Below, one piece after another: positions 9,901 through 17,171 of a stretch of DNA of 64,000 nt. How positions within the stretch are numbered: the first letter of the stretch is position 1; every line of letters starts with the position of its first letter. The notes below the pieces were generated by a model. It was not told where the DNA came from, searched no databases, and saw only the letters and a list, made by a program, of their open reading frames with translations. The stretch covers positions 179,670-243,669 of IMG/VR virus record IMGVR_UViG_3300005289_000052. One strand, written 5' to 3'. Both the position numbers and the translations under genes were made by a program.

Positions 9901-10257
9901 CTACTTAGTCGCCACCACCATTACAGTCTGGCTGACGAGTGCTTGAAAACGGTAGTGTAGCTTACCGGACTCATCGTAAAGCTTCATCTGACGGAAACAC
10001 TGTTGGAACCCGTTGGCCAGGTCTTGGAGTGCTTCTACCATGATGGAGCCATCGAATCCTGAACCGCCTTCACGGTGATCCAGTTCCCGATACGACTCGA
10101 TGTAAGCGTTGAGTGTGTTCATGTTATTACTATCGTGCAAATGATTAATTACATCCGACACGATAGATTTCAGATCATACTCGACGACAGACATCTTTGA
10201 GGTCGAAGCTTGGAAGTGCCGCAAAATATTTACACTGTTTAATGCGCAAGAAAGCAT
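9901..10257 (-). CDS. Hypothetical protein, tandem run
   Basis: ORF track, GAGG RBS. Confidence 0.7.
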   Translation of the reverse strand: MLSCALNSVNILRHFQASTSKMSVVEYDLKSIVSDVINHLHDSNNMNTLNAYIESYRELDHREGGSGFDGSIMVEALQDLANGFQQCFRQMKLYDESGKLHYRFQALVSQTVMVVATK

Positions 10258-10292
10258 GGCAAATCCTCGTCATAAAGCGAGGGCCGCAGCCC

Positions 10293-10712
10293 TCATCGAA
10301 ATGGTTCAATCAAGATGTTACTTCCGATCCATCTGCGGATCTCGTGATATCCATAGTTAGGTAACGGGGTGTATTGCAAAACCATTTCCCAAACTCGGTC
10401 GTGAATCTCACTAGCGAGTACGGTCAGGTGATGGATAGCAATAGCCTCCCCGTCAGAAAGCTCCGGCATACCAGCAGGCCGGTTAGCAATTAGATAGTCA
10501 GACATGATAGAGAGTGTAGACCATGTCGAATGTGGACGTAAGTCAAAAGACTGATTCAGATTCGACACAGTGAACGACAGCTCAATCAGATCCTTTATTT
10601 CAAGCGTGTGTTCTGCCAAGTACGGACCAAGATGGCTGTACTCGCGCATGATTCGTTCGACGGGAACGAGGATCTGTTGGTTTTGCACGATTACCAATCC
10701 TTCCATTTCCAC
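10293..10712 (-). CDS. Hypothetical protein, tandem run
   Basis: ORF track, AGGAG RBS. Confidence 0.7.
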   Translation of the reverse strand: MEMEGLVIVQNQQILVPVERIMREYSHLGPYLAEHTLEIKDLIELSFTVSNLNQSFDLRPHSTWSTLSIMSDYLIANRPAGMPELSDGEAIAIHHLTVLASEIHDRVWEMVLQYTPLPNYGYHEIRRWIGSNILIEPFR

Positions 10713-10732
10713 TCTCCTGAGAGTGTGTCAGG

Positions 10733-11164
10733 TTACCAGATTTCGATAAGATACCCACGGTCTGTGTGGTTGAGGTCGAAACTCCAATCACGGTGGCGCA
10801 TCAGTTTGGCTAGGTAGGGACGACAGATGCGTCTACCCAAGCCGTACACGTATTCGTAATGCTGTAGCAGGTCTCGCTCGGTGTGGAAGGCGTAGTAATC
10901 ATCCTTACACATCTGGTTTACCAAGATCTCATCCATCGCCATAACGAGACTTTCATGGTAAGCCAAAGGGTCATGAGTCAATTCGCCGTGTATCATGGTT
11001 AGCGTAAAGTCTACATGACCCATACCGATTATTCTCAGGGCCCGATCTTCTAACCTAGGAAAGATACTATCAGGCAAGTAAATGCTGAATATACCCTTAC
11101 AGGTCGGTAAGGTCACCTGTGATACCAAGCTGTCGGCGAAGTTCTGAAGGGTACCAATCGCCAT
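10733..11164 (-). CDS. Hypothetical protein, tandem run
   Basis: ORF track, GGAG RBS. Confidence 0.65.
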   Translation of the reverse strand: MAIGTLQNFADSLVSQVTLPTCKGIFSIYLPDSIFPRLEDRALRIIGMGHVDFTLTMIHGELTHDPLAYHESLVMAMDEILVNQMCKDDYYAFHTERDLLQHYEYVYGLGRRICRPYLAKLMRHRDWSFDLNHTDRGYLIEIW

Positions 11165-11570
11165 TATCTACTCCCTCTTGAATCTTTTGTCGCAAAACAT
11201 CAGTAGGGTTCTCTGGTCGGCAGCGTGCCAGTTGATAGATCACCACATCGCCACGTGGTGTCAACTCAAAGTCCCAACTCCAATCAGCCACCTCCACACG
11301 CACAAGTCCCCATACGTAACGCTTGATAGCGTCAATGGCTTCATCGAGCATGTCTTCGGCTTGGTTGTCAGGTATCTTATCGTCGTATGACTTAAGGTAC
11401 TTAACCAAGCTGTGGTAGCTAGACATCACGTTCCCATAGAGAACGTTTTCAACCAACCCGAAGTAGAACCCGGACAGGTCAACAAACTTGGCTTGAGCGC
11501 CAATGTAACTTGCTAGGCGCCCCTCCAGTTGTCTAATGACAGGAGCCCCAGGGATGACAAATGAGGCCAC
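11097..11570 (-). CDS. Hypothetical protein, tandem run
   Basis: ORF track; likely GTG start at 11570 with GGAG RBS. Confidence 0.65.
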   Translation of the reverse strand: MASFVIPGAPVIRQLEGRLASYIGAQAKFVDLSGFYFGLVENVLYGNVMSSYHSLVKYLKSYDDKIPDNQAEDMLDEAIDAIKRYVWGLVRVEVADWSWDFELTPRGDVVIYQLARCRPENPTDVLRQKIQEGVDNGDWYPSELRRQLGITGDLTDL

Positions 11571-12051
11571 GAGTGTTACTCCAATCCCAAATCCGGTAAT
11601 CACCTTTACGCTCCAGAATCAAGTTATTGCCGAACTCCTTGATTTCATAGACATCCCAACTCGGTCTATCCCCAAAGAGTTTGCCGAAGATCTGATTGAT
11701 TAAGCCTTCAATCGGATCACCAACAGCATCTACGAACATAGCTTTAAATTGGGGATGTAGATATTCATCGTTTGGACACAGTCGAGCCATTGCTCCCGAA
11801 CGGTGGCCACGCTCGATGAATTCCTTAGGGAACGGTCCGAATGCACGGGTGAGTTTCTTTTCTTCTGCTTCGATGGGGTACCAGCTCAACCAAGAGCGCA
11901 GTTGCTGGAGGACCATTGCTTTGGCCAACAACATACACTTAGATCGAGTTGCAGCAGGGATCAGGTGTTGACACCCAACCTCCAAGTAGAAGTTATCAAG
12001 CCTGTACTTCAACTGTAGTGCAATAGTTTCTACCGGATACAAGAAGTTCAT
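11533..12051 (-). CDS. Hypothetical protein, tandem run
   Basis: ORF track, GAGG RBS. Confidence 0.7.
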   Translation of the reverse strand: MNFLYPVETIALQLKYRLDNFYLEVGCQHLIPAATRSKCMLLAKAMVLQQLRSWLSWYPIEAEEKKLTRAFGPFPKEFIERGHRSGAMARLCPNDEYLHPQFKAMFVDAVGDPIEGLINQIFGKLFGDRPSWDVYEIKEFGNNLILERKGDYRIWDWSNTRGLICHPWGSCH

Positions 12052-12059
12052 GCCAGCCT

Positions 12060-12419
12060 CTAACTGCTAATCAAATACAATCCCGTCGGTCGGATCTCCA
12101 CACGGAGTTCTGACTCTGGGACATGGCTATACCCGCAGGCAGTCACCAACCGGAAGAGCCTATTACGCAGTACATTGTTTCTGTCAATACGCTGCATCAC
12201 TTTCAATACGGCGAATGAGGGACGTGGTTTCTCTATGCTGAGCAAAGTACTCAACTCGATACACTCAGCAACCCATGACAGTTCAACGGCTTCCACTGCA
12301 TTGACGTAGGAGAGTTCTTCGAAATCCCCATTGTACCAAGGTTCACAAATTTCCCGGTGGATCTCCATGCGGACCAAAGGGTGTAGGTTACGGTAATCCG
12401 CAACCAGTTCAAGTGCCAT
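12060..12419 (-). CDS. Hypothetical protein, first gene after early promoter
   Basis: ORF track, AGGTG RBS. Confidence 0.7.
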   Translation of the reverse strand: MALELVADYRNLHPLVRMEIHREICEPWYNGDFEELSYVNAVEAVELSWVAECIELSTLLSIEKPRPSFAVLKVMQRIDRNNVLRNRLFRLVTACGYSHVPESELRVEIRPTGLYLISS

Positions 12420-12450
12420 AACTTTTCACCTTTCTGAAGGTTAGTCACTT

Positions 12451-12470
12451 GGATAATATAGGTCTAAAAC
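12451..12470 (-). promoter_or_regulatory. Early promoter
   Basis: GTTTTAGACCTATATTATCC. Confidence 0.65.
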
Positions 12471-12557
12471 TAATTGGGATGGCGTCTATGACGTCTTCTC
12501 TATAGGATCAGGGGTATGTGTCAATTTAAACGGTATGTCGCTCACAGCGGCTAATAG

Positions 12558-13210
12558 ACGGCATAAGAAGGGTGAACCCCCACAGCACACCCCTCGGACA
12601 AGGAATGACTGTGGGGTAACCCACCAACAACACCAGTTCGCTTAGGAGGACGAACTTGAAGCAACACCCGGATCGCTTCCCTAAACATACTCAGTCAAGG
12701 TCGGCCGCCAGAGAGCCGAGTATGTTTAAGGCTGCGGTCAAGACGCTAAATCCCACCGGGAAAGAGTGAGAGGGTCAAGACAACAACTTGAGGGATTCGC
12801 CGTCCCTCCAGACCTTTCAGTTCCTTAGCATTTGCGAGACGCTAAGCAACTTCCTTACTGCCCCTGTGTTGGAAGTCGAGGTACACAGGAGTCCCCGGCA
12901 CTACTGGCCGGAGAATTACGCACAGGCGACAAGCCGCGCTCGCAGCGGCCGCCTTATCGCGTCAAGCTGCTTTCACTCTTTGAGCCGTCTACACTTACAC
13001 GGTGACTCGGTTCTTAGCCAAGGCCATGATTTGGGGTTCTGTCCTGAAAGTAGTAACAGTTCCTACGACGCCCGGTTTTACCCGGAGAAAGCACAACCTA
13101 GGGTGAGTGGGAAAGCCGAAACCTTCCAGACAGTTAATAGTCCGACGGGGAGGGACCCTGTCCATGGTGGGGTAGATTAGCTCCCACGCAAGTCTTACGA
13201 TACACTCACT
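12558..13210 (-). ncRNA. Candidate large structured ncRNA block at the 3' end of the tRNA operon
   Basis: No credible ORF; many hairpins; long-range pairs 12761-12769/12973-12981 and 13104-13110/13204-13210; ends in stem plus TTATGCCGTC. Confidence 0.5.
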
Positions 13211-13212
13211 TG

Positions 13213-13298
13213 TGGTACCCGAAGCCGGACTCGAACCGGCACGGCCTAAGGCCAACGCATTTTAAGTGCGGTGCGTCTACCGATTCCGCCATTCGGGT
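13213..13298 (-). tRNA. tRNA-Leu(UAA)
   Basis: Cloverleaf, CT-TAA-AA loop, long variable arm, GGTTCGAGTCC, encoded CCA. Confidence 0.95.
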
Positions 13299-13397
13299 GA
13301 ATGGGTGCCTTCTTTCTATTTGTCTCTGAAAGGGTTCTTTGTTTCCGGCGCAGATCCTAACTCATTGACGAAAGAAGACATTGAAACGTTGAGAGAA

Positions 13398-13472
13398 CGA
13401 CGCTACAGGATTCGAACCTGCGGGAAATACCGGTCGCAATGCGACTGCCTTCGACCACTCAGCCAAGCGCCG
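13398..13472 (-). ncRNA. tRNA-like RNA with collapsed 3-nt anticodon loop and no CCA
   Basis: Acceptor CGGCGCT/AGCGTCG, D arm GCTGAGTGGTCGAAGGC, GTCGC-ATT-GCGAC, T arm GCAGG-TTCGAAT-CCTGT. Confidence 0.7.
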
Positions 13473-13545
13473 AACTCTCAAACTAGATTTCCCCACTAGG
13501 TTAAAGCCTAGCTGCCAAGGTCGGGATCGACCTAGTGGAGAAAGA

Positions 13546-13633
13546 TGGCGGAAGGACAGGGACTCGAACCCTGGGACCTTTTACAGTCGGCGGTTTTCAA
13601 GACCGCTGCAATACGCCGCTATGCGACCCTTCC
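13546..13633 (-). tRNA. tRNA-Ser(UGA)
   Basis: GCGGT-CTTGAAA-ACCGC, long variable arm, GCCA end. Confidence 0.95.
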
Positions 13634-13887
13634 GAAAATCAAGCCAGGGCTATTCCCTGGAGTCACTCCCACGCCTAGGCGACGCGACCGATTAGAGGAA
13701 ACCTGAGAGGACCGATCGGCACGGTTTGTCTCTCACCCTTTTGGGTATGGATGTCTAGACGTTGAGTTGTGTGAGCAACTCCCCATTCGTCCACAGGGCA
13801 GGGCCACCAGCAGGGCAGGCGCTTGGTGTTGGGCGGACCATCCCGTTTATACTCGGGTATCTAAGCGCCTGAGGCGCGATCCATAAA

Positions 13888-13975
13888 TGGCAGTAGATAA
13901 GAGATTCGAACTCTTGTGGCTGTTACACCAACACGCTTTCCAGGCGTGCCCCTTAAGCCTCTCGGGCAATCTACT
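13888..13975 (-). tRNA. tRNA-Ser(GGA)
   Basis: CACGC-CTGGAAA-GCGTG, long variable arm, GCCA end. Confidence 0.95.
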
Positions 13976-14142
13976 GTAAAAGATGTAGCAAATCAATCAT
14001 TACCCGGTGTGCGACGTGTTGTATTTAGACAGCTCGGTGTCCCTGCCAGGATTTCGGGTTGTACCTGGAATACTCTCCCGAAGGACAGTGTTATACCTTT
14101 CGGCGTTTTTAACTATAGGGACTGTTCTATCGCACCACTGAT

Positions 14143-14217
14143 TGAAACCTCTTGATGGAATCGAACCATCGTCTTCCCGCTTGGGCGGCAGGCTATCTAC
14201 CATTGAAATAAAGAGGG
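14143..14217 (-). tRNA. Atypical or pseudo tRNA-Gly(CCC)
   Basis: Cloverleaf with CCTGC-CGCCCAA-GCGGG (G33 instead of U33), good T arm, 1:72 mismatch, ends TTCA not CCA. Confidence 0.6.
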
Positions 14218-14218
14218 T

Positions 14219-14405
14219 GAGTTGTTTCCCTTTGGTCTATGTTCTCTGAGGTCGGACTCGAACCGACAATGTCTAACGCTCTAACCATTACGCTAGCACG
14301 CTTCGACGCACCCACAGACAGGCAGCCCTACTAAGGGGCCAGGGTCATCTTGCCCGAAGGCTCAACCCAGGGTATACCAATTCCCCCACTCGAGGGAAAC
14401 AACTC
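14219..14405 (-). ncRNA. Expanded tRNA-Leu(UAG)-like RNA with extra arms, enclosed by a 13-bp stem
   Basis: Leu-type D arm GGGGAATTGGTATACCC, GGCCC-CTTAGTA-GGGCT arm, T arm GTCGG-TTCGAGT-CCGAC, flanking GAGTTGTTTCCCT/AGGGAAACAACTC. Confidence 0.6.
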
Positions 14406-14585
14406 TGATCATTCTTAAGCAGTAGATTTCACCGTACCGTCGGCTGTAATGTTACTTTCTACTTGCCTAGGCTTTCGCCTTGATTCCCTGCATCCAGACT
14501 CGCGTTACTGGATACTGCTTAAGAACAACAATGACAAACAAGATTCCTTTGTAACGCGTATTGTATTGCCTAATTTTTCAAGGCG

Positions 14586-14665
14586 TGGCCAGGGGAGCCT
14601 TCGGACCCTACTCCCACATGGAACCCCTGTTGGTGGGGCTGCTTTAGAGCTTTTAGCGACTGGCC
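14586..14665 (-). pseudogene. Degenerate tRNA-Leu(CAA)-like element
   Basis: GGCCAG/CTGGCC-A acceptor, GCCCC-ACCAACA-GGGGT arm, variable hairpin; D and T loops non-canonical. Confidence 0.4.
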
Positions 14666-14694
14666 GTTTCACGTTACCGCTGTTTATCAATGTA

Positions 14695-14770
14695 TGGCAC
14701 GCATCCAAGGACTCGAACCTTGAACCTCTGGGTTTGGAGCCCAGCGCTCTGCCAGTTGAGCTAGACACGC
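14695..14770 (-). tRNA. tRNA-Trp(CCA)
   Basis: CTGGG-CTCCAAA-CCCAG, canonical D and T loops, GCCA end. Confidence 0.95.
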
Positions 14771-14879
14771 GTTGTTGCGGTCGCCCACACCACCGGTTAC
14801 TGATACCCTGAAGCGGGTTTCGGGTCATGAGTCCCCGTGCGTCAGTTAACTGCGATTTTACCAATGATGCAGGCGAACA

Positions 14880-14955
14880 TGGTAGCACCAAGTGGGTTCG
14901 AACCACCGACCTCGCCCTTATCAGGGGCGCGCTCTACCAACTGAGCTATAGCGCT
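14880..14955 (-). tRNA. tRNA-Ile(GAU)
   Basis: CGCCC-CTGATAA-GGGCG, ACCA end. Confidence 0.95.
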
Positions 14956-14962
14956 ATGAAAC

Positions 14963-15193
14963 TTAACACAGGATCGCGATACCCTCATCACAGTGACAAG
15001 GACAAGTACAAACCTCTTCGTCCTTACCATCGGGCTTTACAAGCACCCAATTGCGATGTGGTCGCGGTGTAGCGATGTCACGTTCTTCAATGCGAACGAT
15101 CTCACCAAACAGCTTTCGAAGGCGTTCAATATCGGGCGGACTATCGTAACTGGTCCTGAAAGTTGCTTGGGGGTATTTGCAACATCCAAACAT
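14963..15193 (-). CDS. Small Cys-rich protein (76 aa)
   Basis: Likely ATG at 15193 (MFGCCKY...CTCPCHC...C); follows the 60-aa gene. Confidence 0.55.
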   Translation of the reverse strand: MFGCCKYPQATFRTSYDSPPDIERLRKLFGEIVRIEERDIATPRPHRNWVLVKPDGKDEEVCTCPCHCDEGIAILC

Positions 15194-15209
15194 GACGTCA
15201 CCCTTGTGC

Positions 15210-15392
15210 TTAGGAAGCCTTGAGGACTTCGCCGATCTTGATCTCGCGATCGTCGTACACAACCCGGTGGCTGCTTTGACCATCTTGCAAGACGAACTCT
15301 TCATGAATCTCGCCAGTGACGCGATTCACGATACTCACTTTAACTTCCTTATCGGAAGAACAGTGGGCGGCAACAGTAACGGTGGTGGTCAT
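15210..15392 (-). CDS. Small beta-rich hypothetical protein (60 aa)
   Basis: GAGGAG RBS; MTTTVTVAAHC... Confidence 0.75.
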   Translation of the reverse strand: MTTTVTVAAHCSSDKEVKVSIVNRVTGEIHEEFVLQDGQSSHRVVYDDREIKIGEVLKAS

Positions 15393-15401
15393 GGTGACTC
15401 C

Positions 15402-15776
15402 TCAGGCTGAACGACGGTTGTGGTTGACGCGCTGGATTTCCAGCTCGACATACAATTCCATCGGGTACTGAGAAGGCAACTCAACCGAGACACGCGCATT
15501 GGCAGTCTCAGGATTCACGAACACCGCAAACGGTGCATTGGCGAAAGAGCCCAACACACCCTGCATGTTCACACCACGCGCAGCCTCGTTAACAATCGGG
15601 CTGTTGATGTTGCAAGCGATGTCAACACCATCGACGGTGGTAACACGCACAGCTTTCACCGATTCGATCGAGTCGGTTGCGTCGAAGTCTTCGATCTGGG
15701 TAGCCAACAGGCCAAACAGATTGACTTCACTAACCTTCAGCGGCAAGCGCAGATGGTCGACAGGATACTTGTACAT
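15402..15776 (-). CDS. Hypothetical protein; stand-alone paralog of the C-terminal domain of the DUF2829 protein
   Basis: Aligns by eye with the C-terminal ~120 residues of 15786..16418; both end NRRSx. Confidence 0.8.
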   Translation of the reverse strand: MYKYPVDHLRLPLKVSEVNLFGLLATQIEDFDATDSIESVKAVRVTTVDGVDIACNINSPIVNEAARGVNMQGVLGSFANAPFAVFVNPETANARVSVELPSQYPMELYVELEIQRVNHNRRSA

Positions 15777-15785
15777 GACAGCCCC

Positions 15786-16418
15786 TTAATCCGAGCGACG
15801 GTTGCGTTGGCCGTATTCGATACGAAGAACGGCGAACAGTTCGACACCGGCAGTCGGTGCGGCGTGAGCACAGGCTTCCCACATCTGGGTATCTACCTGA
15901 ATCGACAGAGCACGACCATTCGGCATCCGGTCGTTGAACGACTTCATGCGAGTCTCGCTCTTGTGTGCTACTGCTTCAACGACGTTGCTCTGGACGACCA
16001 GGGCATCAACCGTTTCAATGCGCACCACTTGGACTGAGAAGATCGCATCCAGCTTTTCCAACTTGGCGCCAGCGGCTTCACCCAACTCGTACAAGTTGGA
16101 GCGCACATCACCATCAAGCGGAATACGGACCTCGAACTTGTTGACGTAATCCTCAGCATCAAGGACTACCCAGTCGTCAGCCAGGATGTCAGACTGAGAG
16201 GCAACCCACGGCACAAAATCACCGTTGTGTGCTTTCAAGCCCAACCAAGGTCGCAGGTTCGGTGTAGGGTCCTTACGAACGTTGAGCCCAACGGTTCGGG
16301 CACCCACGTCATAGTGACTAGCGCCAACTAAGACGACCCACATGCCTTTACCGTTCCAACCCTCGCGTGTGGCGCGAGAGCCGTGCTTCAATCCCGTAAG
16401 GGCTTGACCGAACTCCAT
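15786..16418 (-). CDS. DUF2829 (Tad2-like anti-defence sponge) domain fused to an unknown C-terminal domain
   Basis: MEFGQAL..LK.G....R.GWNGKGMWV ... FVPWVASQSDILADDW signature; AGGAG RBS. Confidence 0.85.
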   Translation of the reverse strand: MEFGQALTGLKHGSRATREGWNGKGMWVVLVGASHYDVGARTVGLNVRKDPTPNLRPWLGLKAHNGDFVPWVASQSDILADDWVVLDAEDYVNKFEVRIPLDGDVRSNLYELGEAAGAKLEKLDAIFSVQVVRIETVDALVVQSNVVEAVAHKSETRMKSFNDRMPNGRALSIQVDTQMWEACAHAAPTAGVELFAVLRIEYGQRNRRSD

Positions 16419-16439
16419 GTGAAGCTCCTGTTGTGAAAT

Positions 16440-16513
16440 TGGGGTGAAGCCGGGAATCGAACCCTGGTCCTCTGCGCCACAAGCAGATGTTCTACCACTG
16501 AACTAGCAACACC
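16440..16513 (-). tRNA. tRNA-His(GUG)
   Basis: TCTGC-TTGTGGC-GCAGA, G-1:C73, CCA end. Confidence 0.92.
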
Positions 16514-16521
16514 ATTGAAAT

Positions 16522-16609
16522 TGGAGGTGGGTAAGAGATTCGAACTCTTGGAGCTGTTACACCCTGATCCTTAGCAAGGACCCGCAATCGGCCTCTCTGC
16601 CAACCCACC
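16522..16609 (-). tRNA. tRNA-Ser(GCU)
   Basis: GGTCC-TTGCTAA-GGATC, long variable arm, CCA end. Confidence 0.93.
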
Positions 16610-16629
16610 TTAAAACTGTACAACGAAAA

Positions 16630-16704
16630 TGGCTCCGAGACCTGGATTCGAACCAGGGACCAAACGGTTAACAGCCGTCTACTCTACCGCTGAGCTATCC
16701 CGGA
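16630..16704 (-). tRNA. tRNA-Asn(GUU)
   Basis: GACGG-CTGTTAA-CCGTT, GCCA end. Confidence 0.95.
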
Positions 16705-16811
16705 AAGGAAATTGAATGGGAAATGTGCCTCCGTCCCAAAGCGGAGGCGTAGGATATGGAGTGAACCATAACTGACGCCCGCAGCCACCCCGAAGGGCAA
16801 TCCACCACAAA

Positions 16812-16898
16812 TCAACGTAGGTTGCTTTATACCTGACTAAGCGACCAGACCATGGAGGAACTGACTAGGGGTATGATCCCTAGTTCTCCCTACGTTGA
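16812..16898 (-). ncRNA. Circularly permuted tRNA-like (YrlA-like topology) RNA candidate
   Basis: 10-bp terminal stem; T-like arm precedes an acceptor-like hairpin (with internal CCA) and a D-like arm. Confidence 0.5.
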
Positions 16899-16901
16899 AT
16901 A

Positions 16902-16977
16902 TGGCGCCTCCGAAGGGACTTGAACCCTCGGCCCCCGGCGTGACAGGCCGGTGCTCTAACCACTGAGCTACGGAAGC
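16902..16977 (-). tRNA. tRNA-Asp(GUC)
   Basis: CCGGC-CTGTCAC-GCCGG, GCCA end. Confidence 0.95.
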
Positions 16978-17171
16978 GTAAACGTCCTGAGGAAAATGGA
17001 CTCTGCGATCACCCAGACTGTGCCTGTAGGTGCATCACTTGTTGGCTCAAGGTTCGTGTAGACTACCATGGGCCAGGAACAATCTTGAGCGTGTCGACCG
17101 ACGTGGAGCACTAGAAAGCGCAACCCACTAGGAGAGAGGTACTCTCGATCCTTCTCAACAATCTCAATCAT
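16968..17171 (-). CDS. DUF1653-like small protein; stop codon lies inside tRNA-Asp
   Basis: Y..PSG..F.VLHVGRH......MVVY......G.VWV.....F pattern; GAGG RBS. Confidence 0.65.
   Translation of the reverse strand: MIEIVEKDREYLSPSGLRFLVLHVGRHAQDCSWPMVVYTNLEPTSDAPTGTVWVIAESIFLRTFTLP

Noticed and set aside
14780-14875. CGGG..CTCAT..CCCG initiator-anticodon-like hairpin
   Set aside because: No T arm or acceptor; too short to support
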